NCBI GenBank assembly: GCA_934643185.1 | Contig: CAKUBN010000008.1 | Location: 627-64,626 of the forward strand | DNA: 64,000 bases | Direction: 5' to 3' | DNA from: an uncultured Eubacteriales bacterium | GTDB taxonomy: Bacteria; Bacillota; Clostridia; Oscillospirales; Acutalibacteraceae | Shown: positions 20,805-30,788 of the stretch, one piece after another | Layout of the letters: every line of letters starts with the position of its first letter | How positions within the stretch are numbered: the stretch's first letter is position 1 | Notes under the pieces: generated by a model | Databases searched by the model: none | What the model was told of the DNA's origin: nothing | What the model saw: only the letters and a program-made list of their open reading frames with translations | Made by a program: the position numbers and the translations under genes

Positions 20805-21767
20805 ATGACCGAAGAACTCATGCGCAGGCTACGGGTCATCACGCCGGAGGAACAGCGCATTTTGGACGGCGGTGCGGTGGACAAGGCGGCGTACACGGCG
20901 CGGGCGGTATTTACGGTGGACAGCGAGAAGCTTTTGGAGCGCGGGCGGCTCATCTCCGTGCGCGCGCACACGCGGTTTGCACCGTTCCCCAGACACGCAC
21001 ACAGCTATATTGAAATCATGTACATGTGCTCCGGCAAGATGGTGCACCGCATCAACGGCGGCGAGCCCATCACCGTACATGCGGGCGAGCTGCTGTTTTT
21101 GGGGCGCGGCGCTTCGCATGAGATAGAACGTGCGGAATATGAGGACATTGCGGTGAATTTCATTGTGCTGCCGCAGTTCTTTGATACGGCGTTGGAGCGC
21201 ATCGGCGCGGACAACGCGCTTGGGCGGTTCATCGCGAACAGCATCAGCCGCGCGGGGGGCTCGGATTTTTTACTGTTTAGAGTTGCGGATGTGCTGCCGG
21301 TGCAGAATCTCGTTGAAAACCTCGTTTGGACGCTTGTGAACGACACGAAAAACCGCAGACGCATTACGCAGAACACGATGGCGCTGCTGTTTTTGGAGCT
21401 TTTGAACTGCACGGATAAGCTGGCGGCGAGCGAAAACGAGGGCGATCACAGCGCACTTGTGATGACGGCGCTGCGGGAGATTGAAGAAAATTACCGCACG
21501 GCGAGCTTGACGGACATTGCGGAAAAGTACGGTGTGACGATTTCGTACCTCAGCGCGGCGGTACACAGCACGACGGGGTTCACGTTTAAATCGCTTTTGC
21601 GGCGCAAGCGAATGGAGAAAGCGGCGGCACTGCTTTCCGGCACGAGGCTTTCCGTGAGCGATATTATCATGGCGGTGGGGTATGAGAACACGAGCTATTT
21701 TTACAGGGCGTTTTCGGAAATGTACGGCGTGACACCAAGGGAGTATCGGTTGAGGCAGAGAGGTTAG
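20805..21767 (+). CDS. AraC-family transcriptional regulator (cupin sensor plus two HTH motifs)
   Basis: The N-terminal HAHSYIEIMYMCSG...HAGELLFL is cupin-like. The C-terminus ends LTDIAEKYGVTISYLSAAV...SVSDIIMAVGYENTSYFYRAFSEMYGVTPREYR. Confidence 0.88.
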   Translation: MTEELMRRLRVITPEEQRILDGGAVDKAAYTARAVFTVDSEKLLERGRLISVRAHTRFAPFPRHAHSYIEIMYMCSGKMVHRINGGEPITVHAGELLFLGRGASHEIERAEYEDIAVNFIVLPQFFDTALERIGADNALGRFIANSISRAGGSDFLLFRVADVLPVQNLVENLVWTLVNDTKNRRRITQNTMALLFLELLNCTDKLAASENEGDHSALVMTALREIEENYRTASLTDIAEKYGVTISYLSAAVHSTTGFTFKSLLRRKRMEKAAALLSGTRLSVSDIIMAVGYENTSYFYRAFSEMYGVTPREYRLRQRG

Positions 21768-21770
21768 TAC

Positions 21771-21871
21771 GCATAAAATAACGCCGCACGCTCGATGAGG
21801 AAAACGAGGGTGCGGCGCTGCTTTATTTCTGAGAATTTGCCGCCTTTGAAAAGGCGGGCGAAACTTTTAAC
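21771..21871. repeat. Short deletion derivative of the multi-hairpin repeat family (core hairpin joined to the terminal hairpin)
   Basis: ataaaataacgccgcacgctcg...cgagggtgcggcgctgctttatttctgagaa matches the core seen at 5628..5680 and 50140..50185. tttgccgcctttgaaaaggcgggcgaaacttttaac matches the outer end of the copy at 50305..50345. It doubles as a terminator between the convergent araC-type and abfA genes. Confidence 0.6.
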
Positions 21872-21892
21872 TACGCTTTTCGGAAGCTCGGT

Positions 21893-23422
<1,530 letters not shown>

Positions 23423-23629
23423 TCAAAAGTTGTATGTACAATTTATGTGTTCATTTTAGCTTGATTTTTTTGGAATGTCAACGCTATTTCGGCGGAATTC
23501 TTTTGCTGTGTGCCGAAAAGTGAAGCGCGGATTTGTGCAGTTTTGCGGAATAGACTTTTTTATAGCGAAAAAGTTAAAATAAAGACAGTTTTAAATGAAA
23601 ACAACGTCCTTATTTTTTAGCGCAGTTCC

Positions 23630-23638
23630 TGTTATACT
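23630..23638 (+). promoter_or_regulatory. Extended -10 element (TGtTATACT), candidate rhaB promoter
   Basis: tgTTATACT lies 33 nt upstream of the rhaB ATG. No convincing -35 element. Confidence 0.35.
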
Positions 23639-23670
23639 GTTGCTGTAAACGAAAAACGGAGGCGGCGTAT

Positions 23671-25059
23671 ATGAAAACGTATTTGGCGGTGGACATTGGG
23701 GCTTCGAGCGGGCGGCACATTTTGGGGTGGCTTGAGGACGGCAAGCTGAAGCTGAAAGAGATCTACCGCTTTAAAAACGGGGCGGAAGACAAAAACGGGC
23801 ACTTGTGCTGGGACATTGACCGCCTTGAAAGTGAAGTCATGAACGGCATTGCGGCATGTGACGCTGCGCCCGAGAGCGTGGCGGTGGACACGTGGGCTGT
23901 GGACTACGTTTTGCTGGACGAAAACGGTGAGCGCATCTGCCCGGCGGTGGCGTACCGCGACGGCCGCACGGAGACGGTGCCGGACGAACTTGAAAAAACG
24001 ATTCCGTTTGCGTGGCTGTACGGGAGAACGGGCATCCAGATGCAGAAGTTCAACACGGTGTATCAGCTGGCGGCACAGAAAAAGGAAACGCCGGAGGTAT
24101 TTGAAAAGGCCGAAAAGTTTTTGATGATCCCGGAGTATCTTTCCTATAAGCTTTCGGGCGTGGCGGTGAACGAATACACGAACGCGAGCACGACGGCGAT
24201 GGTCTCTGCGGAAAATAAGACGTGGGACAAGGAAATTTTGGCGCGGATAGGGCTGCCGGAGGAAATTTTCGGCACGCTGCACATGCCGGGCGAAGCGCTC
24301 GGCGGGCTGACGGAAAGCGTGAAGGAGAAGGTCGGGTTTGATTTGACGGTGCGGCTTGCGGCTTCGCACGACACGGCTTCCGCGTTTCTGGCAGTGCCGG
24401 CGAAGGATGAGAACGCAGTGTTCCTTTCGAGCGGCACGTGGAGCCTCATTGGCGTGGAGCTGAAAGCGCCGGTGACGAACGACGAGAGCCGTGCACAGAA
24501 TTTTACAAACGAGGGCGGGTATGAGTACCGCTATCGGTATTTGAAAAACATTATGGGCCTTTGGATGCTGCAGAATATGCGGCATGAGCTTGGCGACGAG
24601 AACAGCTTTGATAAGTTGACGGAGCTTGCGCAGAGCGCGGCGGATTATAAGGGCCGTGTGGACGTGAACGCAGAGTGCTTCTTGGCGCCGAAAAACATGT
24701 GTGCGGCGGTGAAAAACGAGCTTATGAAGCAGGGCTTCAAAGAACCGACGGTGCCGGAGATGCTCTCCTGTGTATACCACAGTCTGGCGGAAAGCTACGC
24801 CGAGACGATAAAGGCACTTGAAAAGCTGACGGGCAAAGTATATACGAGTTTAAATATCGTCGGCGGCGGCAGCCGGGACGAATATTTGAATAAACTCACG
24901 GCGAAAGCTTGCAAATTACCTGTATATGCGGGCCCGACAGAGGGCACGGCCATCGGTAATCTCATCGTGCAGATGATCGCGGACGGCGAGCTTGCGAGCG
25001 TACAGCAGGCGCGCGACGTGATACGGGACAGCTTTGAAATTAAAATTTACGAACCCTGA
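23671..25059 (+). CDS. rhaB: Rhamnulokinase (FGGY family)
   Basis: YLAVDIGASSGRHILG...HLCWDIDRL...VDTWAVDYVLLD...IVGGGSRDEYLNKLTA. Confidence 0.9.
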   Translation: MKTYLAVDIGASSGRHILGWLEDGKLKLKEIYRFKNGAEDKNGHLCWDIDRLESEVMNGIAACDAAPESVAVDTWAVDYVLLDENGERICPAVAYRDGRTETVPDELEKTIPFAWLYGRTGIQMQKFNTVYQLAAQKKETPEVFEKAEKFLMIPEYLSYKLSGVAVNEYTNASTTAMVSAENKTWDKEILARIGLPEEIFGTLHMPGEALGGLTESVKEKVGFDLTVRLAASHDTASAFLAVPAKDENAVFLSSGTWSLIGVELKAPVTNDESRAQNFTNEGGYEYRYRYLKNIMGLWMLQNMRHELGDENSFDKLTELAQSAADYKGRVDVNAECFLAPKNMCAAVKNELMKQGFKEPTVPEMLSCVYHSLAESYAETIKALEKLTGKVYTSLNIVGGGSRDEYLNKLTAKACKLPVYAGPTEGTAIGNLIVQMIADGELASVQQARDVIRDSFEIKIYEP

Positions 25060-25105
25060 AAAGTGTATTATAATAGAGTAAAAACCAAACGGAAAGGACG
25101 ATAAA

Positions 25106-26302
25106 ATGCTGAAAGGTAAAACGGTTTTACTGGGCGTGACGGGCAGCATTGCGGCGTACAAAATTGCGGGGCTTGCGAGTATGCTGAAAAAGCAGCACGC
25201 GGATATTACGGTGCTGATGACGCAGAACGCCACGAATTTTATCAACCCCATTACATTTGAGACTTTGACGGGCAACAAGTGCCTCATCGATACGTTCGAC
25301 CGCAATTTCCAGTACAGCGTGGAGCACGTTGCGCTGGCAAAGCGCGCGGACATTGTGCTCATCGCCCCCGCGAGCGCGAATGTCATCGGCAAAATTGCGA
25401 ACGGCATTGCGGACGACATGCTGACGACGACCGTGATGGCGTGCCGCTGCCCGATTTTGATTTCGCCTGCGATGAACACGAATATGTTCTTGAACCCCAT
25501 TGTGCAGGATAATCTTGCAAAACTGAGACGCTTCGGGTACACGGTGATCGAGCCGGACAGCGGGTATTTGGCTTGCGGTGATATAGGCGCGGGCAAGATG
25601 CCTTCCGAAAAGACGCTGTTTGACTGGATCATGCAGACGATCGGTGCGGAGAAAGATCTTGCAGGGCAGAAAATCCTCGTGACGGCGGGCGCAACGGCGG
25701 AGAAGATCGACCCCGTGCGGTTCATCACGAACCACTCGACAGGTAAAATGGGCTGCGCGCTTGCACGCCGTGCGGCGATGCGCGGTGCGGACGTGACGCT
25801 CGTCTGCGCGAACATGACCGTGGAACCGCCTCCGTTTGTGACGGTGGTGAAGGCGGAATCTGCGGAAGACATGTTCAACGCGGTGACGAGCCGTGCGCCG
25901 AAGATGGACGTCATCATCAAAGCGGCGGCGGTGGCGGATTACCGCCCGAAAACGGTCGCCGAGGAGAAAATCAAAAAGCACGACGGCGGCATGAGCATTG
26001 AGCTTGAGCGCACGCAGGACATTCTGGCGTACCTCGGCGCGCACAAGCCCGCGGGGCAGTTCCTCTGCGGCTTTGCGATGGAGACCGAAAATCTCATTGA
26101 AAACGCGCGTGGAAAGCTCGAGCGCAAGAACCTCGATATGATCGCGGCGAACAGCCTGCGCACGAAGGGTGCGGGCTTTGCGGGCGATACGAACGTGGTG
26201 ACGCTGCTGACAAAAGACGAAACAGAGGAGTTGCCGATGCTCTCAAAAGACGAGACGGCAGATCGCATTTTAACAAAAATCAACACGCTTAGGAAAGGAT
26301 GA
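25106..26302 (+). CDS. coaBC: Bifunctional phosphopantothenoylcysteine decarboxylase / phosphopantothenate-cysteine ligase
   Basis: LLGVTGSIAAYK...APASANVIGKIANGIADDMLTT...ISPAMNTNM...ITNHSTGKMG...AAAVADYRP. Confidence 0.93.
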   Translation: MLKGKTVLLGVTGSIAAYKIAGLASMLKKQHADITVLMTQNATNFINPITFETLTGNKCLIDTFDRNFQYSVEHVALAKRADIVLIAPASANVIGKIANGIADDMLTTTVMACRCPILISPAMNTNMFLNPIVQDNLAKLRRFGYTVIEPDSGYLACGDIGAGKMPSEKTLFDWIMQTIGAEKDLAGQKILVTAGATAEKIDPVRFITNHSTGKMGCALARRAAMRGADVTLVCANMTVEPPPFVTVVKAESAEDMFNAVTSRAPKMDVIIKAAAVADYRPKTVAEEKIKKHDGGMSIELERTQDILAYLGAHKPAGQFLCGFAMETENLIENARGKLERKNLDMIAANSLRTKGAGFAGDTNVVTLLTKDETEELPMLSKDETADRILTKINTLRKG

Positions 26303-26307
26303 ACGAT

Positions 26308-27573
26308 ATGACACAGTATGAGGCGGCAAAAAAGCGCTATGCCGAGCGCGGTGTGGACGCCGACGCTGCCATCAACACGCTGAAAAGCGTGCCGGTCTCT
26401 CTGCACTGCTGGCAAGGCGACGACGTGCGCGGCTTTGACGGCGACCCGAATGCCCCGCTGACGGGCGGCATTCAGACGACGGGCAACTACCCCGGCCGTG
26501 CGCGCACGCCGGAGGAGCTGATGGCGGACATCGACGAGGTGCTGCGCCTTTGCCCCGGCACGAAGAAGCTGAATTTACACGCGAGCTACGCGATCTTCAC
26601 CGAAGAAAACGGCGGCTGGGTGGACAGAGATAAGCTGGAGCCGAAGCACTTTGCGCCGTGGGTGAAGTTCTGCAAGGAGCGCGGGCTGGGATGTGACTTT
26701 AACCCGACGTATTTTTCGCACCCGAAGTGCGACCCGCTGACGCTCTCGAGCCCGAACCCGGAGACGCGCAAATTCTGGGTGGAGCACGGCAAGGCGTGTA
26801 TCCGCATTTCGCAGTATCTGGCGGAGGAGCTCGGTCAGCCGTGCATCATGAACATCTGGACGGGCGACGGACTGAAAGATATTCCCGCCGACCGCATGAC
26901 GCCGCGCATGCTGTATAAAGAGTCTCTCGATGAGATTCTCTCTGAGCCGTACGATTTTAACCTTGTAAAGCCGTGTGTGGAATCGAAGGTGTTCGGTATC
27001 GGGGTGGAGGCGTACACGGTGGGCAGTGCGGAATTTGCACTGAGCTATGCGGCGATGAATAAAGATAAGTGCATCCCGCTGCTCGATAACGGCCACTACC
27101 ACCCGACGGAGGTCGTATCCGATAAAATTCCGGCGATGCTGACATTCTTCCCGGAGATTGCGCTGCACATCACGCGCGGCGTGCGCTGGGACAGCGACCA
27201 CGTGGTGCTGTTTGACGACGAGACAAAGGAGATTGCGAAGGAGATCGTGCGCTGCGGCGGGCTTTCGGGTCGTGTTAAGATTGCGCTCGATTACTTTGAC
27301 GCGTCCATCAACCGTATCGGCGCGTGGGTGACGGGCTTCCGCAATGTACAGAAGGCGCTGTTGTTCGCGCTGTTGCAGCCGACGGAGGAGCTGACGAAGC
27401 TGCAGAACGAGCAGGACTTCACGTCTTTGATGATCCGCGCGGAGGAGTTGAAAACGATGCCGTTCGGCGATGTTTGGGCGGAATACTGCAAGGAACAGAA
27501 TGTCCCCGCAGACGACATGGCGTGGCTTTCTGAAATTAAAAAATACGAAAACGAAGTGCTTTTAAAGCGCTGA
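26308..27573 (+). CDS. rhaA: L-rhamnose isomerase
   Basis: SLHCWQGDDVRGF...LHASYA...GHYHPTE. The ATG at 26308 has better RBS spacing than the ATG at 26299, which overlaps the coaBC stop. Confidence 0.9.
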   Translation: MTQYEAAKKRYAERGVDADAAINTLKSVPVSLHCWQGDDVRGFDGDPNAPLTGGIQTTGNYPGRARTPEELMADIDEVLRLCPGTKKLNLHASYAIFTEENGGWVDRDKLEPKHFAPWVKFCKERGLGCDFNPTYFSHPKCDPLTLSSPNPETRKFWVEHGKACIRISQYLAEELGQPCIMNIWTGDGLKDIPADRMTPRMLYKESLDEILSEPYDFNLVKPCVESKVFGIGVEAYTVGSAEFALSYAAMNKDKCIPLLDNGHYHPTEVVSDKIPAMLTFFPEIALHITRGVRWDSDHVVLFDDETKEIAKEIVRCGGLSGRVKIALDYFDASINRIGAWVTGFRNVQKALLFALLQPTEELTKLQNEQDFTSLMIRAEELKTMPFGDVWAEYCKEQNVPADDMAWLSEIKKYENEVLLKR

Positions 27574-27587
27574 GGAGGTATATAAAA

Positions 27588-28409
27588 ATGATGACGGAAA
27601 TTCCCGCAGTACGCGGTTTTATCCGCATGTGCACGGACGGCTGGGAGCAGGGCTGGCACGAGAGAAACGGCGGCAACCTGACCTACCGCATGAAGCTGGA
27701 AGAAGTGGAGCAGTGCCGTCCGTTTTTCACCGCGCCGCGCGAGTGGAACAGCATGGGCGTGCAGGCAGATAACTTAAAGGGCGAATATTTCATCACGACG
27801 GGCAGCGGCAAGTTTTTGCGCAATGTGCAGGATGACCCGGAGCACAACATCGGTATTGTAGAGATCAACGATGCGGGCGACAGCTGGCGCATTGTGTGGG
27901 GCCTTGAGAACGGCGCGCGCCCGACGAGCGAATTCCCGAGCCACTTTATGAACCACAGTGTGCGCAAGGCGGCGACGAACGGCGCTTACCGCGTCATTTA
28001 CCACGCGCACACGCCGAATCTCATCGCGATGACGTACATCATGCCGCTGACGGCGCGCGACTTTACGCGTGCTTTATGGCAGAGCGCCACGGAGTGCCCG
28101 GTGGTGTTCCCCGGCGGCGTGGGCGTGGTGCCGTGGATGGTGCCGGGCGGCGCGGACATTGCGATGGCGACGAGCGAGCTGATGAAAAAATATGACGCGG
28201 CCGTTTGGGCGCACCACGGCTTGTTCGTTTCCGGACCGGATTACGACATTACGTTTGGCCTCATGCACACGATCGAGAAGGCGGCGCAAATTTATATGCT
28301 TGCTATTACGGCGGGCGGCGGTAAAATTCGCCAGACCATTACAGACGACAATTTGAGAGCCATTGCGAAGGAATTCGGCGTGGAACTGAACGAAGAATTT
28401 TTGAACTGA
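27588..28409 (+). CDS. rhaD: Rhamnulose-1-phosphate aldolase (class II)
   Basis: GWHERNGGNLTYR...TGSGKFLRN...YHAHTPNLIAMT...WAHHGLF. GAGGAGG RBS. Confidence 0.9.
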   Translation: MMTEIPAVRGFIRMCTDGWEQGWHERNGGNLTYRMKLEEVEQCRPFFTAPREWNSMGVQADNLKGEYFITTGSGKFLRNVQDDPEHNIGIVEINDAGDSWRIVWGLENGARPTSEFPSHFMNHSVRKAATNGAYRVIYHAHTPNLIAMTYIMPLTARDFTRALWQSATECPVVFPGGVGVVPWMVPGGADIAMATSELMKKYDAAVWAHHGLFVSGPDYDITFGLMHTIEKAAQIYMLAITAGGGKIRQTITDDNLRAIAKEFGVELNEEFLN

Positions 28410-28502
28410 TATTTACAGTTTTGTTACAAACAATCTGTGCGGACAGGTGTATAATCTACTTAGTTAAAAAATTCCCATATTTGGGATTAGGAGATGTATT
28501 TT

Positions 28503-29677
28503 ATGGTCAGCAGAATCGTATTGAACACAATTTCTTATCACGGCAAGGGCGCGATTGAAAAGATTCCGGAGGAGCTTCAGGCGCGCGGCTACAAAAAGCT
28601 TTTGTTTGCTCGGACCCGGACCTTTTGAAGTTCGGCGTTACGCAGAAGGTGACGGATCTTCTGGACAAGGCCGGCTTCCCGTATTCCGTTTACAGCGAGA
28701 TCAAGCCGAACCCGACGATTGAGAACGTACAGCACGGCGTTGAGGCCTTCAAGGTTTCCGGCGCAGACTGCATCGTGACCATTGGCGGCGGCTCCTCCAT
28801 GGATACCGCAAAGGCCATCGGCGTCATCATTGAGAACCCGGAGTTCGCAGACGTTCGCTCTCTGGAGGGCGTTGCGCCGACGAAGAAGCACGCGGTGTTC
28901 ACCATTGCTGTGCCGACCACTGCCGGTACCGCTGCGGAAGTGACAATCAACTACGTTATCACCGACGTGGAAAAGAAGAGAAAGTTCGTCTGCGTAGACA
29001 CGAACGACATCCCGGAGATCGCGGTTGTTGACCCGGATATGATGTCCTCCATGCCGAAGGGCCTGACCGCTGCGACCGGTATGGACGCTTTGACCCACGC
29101 GATCGAGGGTTACATCACGAAGGGTGCCTGCACCATTTCCGATATGTTCCATCTGGAGGCCATCCGCCTGATCTCCGAGAACCTGCGCGGCGCGGTGCAG
29201 AACACCGAAGCCGGCAGAGAGGGTATGGCGCTCGGCCAGTACATTGCAGGCATGGGCTTCTCGAACGTTGGCCTCGGCATTGTGCACTCCATGGCACACG
29301 GCCTGTCCGCTCTGTATGACACCCCGCACGGCGTGGCTTGCGCGATCATCCTGCCGACCGGCCTCGAGTACAACAAGTCCGTTGCAGGCGAGCGTTACCG
29401 TGCAGTAGGCAAGGCTATGGGCGTTGAGGGCATTGACGCAATGACCGCTGAAGAAGCTGCTGACGCAACGATCGCTGAAGAAGCTGCTGACGCAACGATC
29501 GCGGCTGTGAAGAAACTGAGCGAGGATGTGGGCATTCCGGCAAACCTGAAGGGCATCCTGAAGGAAGAAGACGTACAGTTCCTTGCAGAGAGCGCATTTG
29601 CAGATGCTTGCTGCCCGGGCAACCCGCGCGACACCTCCGTGGAGGAGATCGCCGAGCTGTACAGAAGCCTGATGTAA
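28503..29677 (+). pseudogene. fucO: Lactaldehyde reductase / 1,2-propanediol oxidoreductase (Fe-ADH), interrupted by a -1 frameshift in an A5 run
   Basis: The ATG at 28503 (AGGAG RBS) gives MVSRIVLNTISYHGKGAIEKIPEELQARGYKK and then hits a stop at 28626. The other frame continues AFVCSDPDLLKFGVTQKVTDLL...GGGSSMDTAKAIG (ORF 28625..29677). Adding one A to aaaaa at 28593..28597 restores GYKKAFVCSDPD. Confidence 0.85.
29447..29500 (+). repeat. Perfect 27-bp tandem duplication (two copies) inside fucO
   Basis: gctgaagaagctgctgacgcaacgatc occurs at 29447..29473 and again at 29474..29500. It encodes AEEAADATI twice, in frame. Confidence 0.95.
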
Positions 29678-29714
29678 GTTTGGCTTTTGCCTTAAAATAG
29701 CTGAATAAAACATA

Positions 29715-29768
29715 AAGCCCCCCGCTTTCGGAAGAGTGATTTTCCGGGAGCGGGGGGCTTGTGTTTTT
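29715..29768. terminator. Bidirectional terminator between the convergent fucO and GT2 genes
   Basis: aagccccccgc...gcggggggctt is an 11-bp GC-rich stem, followed by gtgTTTTT on the + strand. Confidence 0.7.
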
Positions 29769-29795
29769 GGGTTTGAAAAGAGGGTGAGAGGGAAT

Positions 29796-30788
29796 TCAGT
29801 GCTCGTCTGTGACTTTTTCTTCCGGTTCGGCTTTGAGATGGGTTTCGATGAGGAAACGGGGGCGCTGCTTGACTTCGCTGTAAATTTTGCCGATGTAGCC
29901 GCCGACGACGCCGAGGCAGAGCATTTGCAGACCGCCGAGCAGCCAGATGGACGCGACGATGGCTGTCCAGCCCGCGACGGTGACGCCGCACAGGTGCGAG
30001 ATGAGCGCGTACAGGAGGCCGAAGATGCTGAGGACGGAGATGAGGATGCCGAGGTTGGAGATGAGCTTTAAGGGCTTTACGCTGAACGATGTGATGCCGT
30101 CGAGCGCGAAGGAGATCATCTTTTTTAAGGGGTATTTGGATTCGCCCGCGAAACGCTCGGCGCGGTCGTAATAGACATAGTCGCTTTTAAAGCCGATGAG
30201 CGGCACGATGCCGCGCAGGAACAGGTTGACTTCCTTATACTCGGAAAGGCCCTCGAGCGCGCGGCGGCTCATCAGGCGGTAATCGGCGTGATTGAAGACG
30301 ACGTCTACGCCGAGAATCTTCATGAATTTATAAAAGCCCTCTGCGGTGGTGCGCTTGAAGAACGTATCGGTCTCGCGCTTGTTGCGCACGCCGTAGACGA
30401 CGTCGCAGCCCTCCATATATTTTTCGACGAAGCGGTCGATGACGTTAATGTCATCCTGCAGGTCGGCATCCATGCTGATGGCGCAGTCGCACAGCGGCAT
30501 GGCGGTCATGAGGCCGGCGAGCAGGGCGTTTTGGTGGCCGCGGTTGTGCGCGAGCTTTACGCCGTCCACATAGGGAATAGCTTCAGCATATTCGGAGATA
30601 ATCGCCCAGGTTTTATCCTTGCTGCCGTCATCGACATAGAGAATGCGGCTTTCGGGATCGACCTGCTCGGCGCGGATCATGGTGTGCATTTTTTCGGTCA
30701 GACGCTTGGTGGTCTCCGGCAGCACGGCTTCCTCGTTGTAGCAAGGAATGACGAGGTACAAGACCGGAATATTACGTTCAGTCGTCAT
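29796..30788 (-). CDS. GT2 polyprenyl-phosphate glycosyltransferase (GtrB/CsbB-like) with two C-terminal TM helices
   Basis: LYLVIPCYNEEAVLPET...ILYVDDGSKDKT...MDADLQDD, plus two C-terminal TM helices. The ATG at 30788 overlaps the upstream yfhO-like stop by 11 nt. Confidence 0.88.
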   Translation of the reverse strand: MTTERNIPVLYLVIPCYNEEAVLPETTKRLTEKMHTMIRAEQVDPESRILYVDDGSKDKTWAIISEYAEAIPYVDGVKLAHNRGHQNALLAGLMTAMPLCDCAISMDADLQDDINVIDRFVEKYMEGCDVVYGVRNKRETDTFFKRTTAEGFYKFMKILGVDVVFNHADYRLMSRRALEGLSEYKEVNLFLRGIVPLIGFKSDYVYYDRAERFAGESKYPLKKMISFALDGITSFSVKPLKLISNLGILISVLSIFGLLYALISHLCGVTVAGWTAIVASIWLLGGLQMLCLGVVGGYIGKIYSEVKQRPRFLIETHLKAEPEEKVTDEH

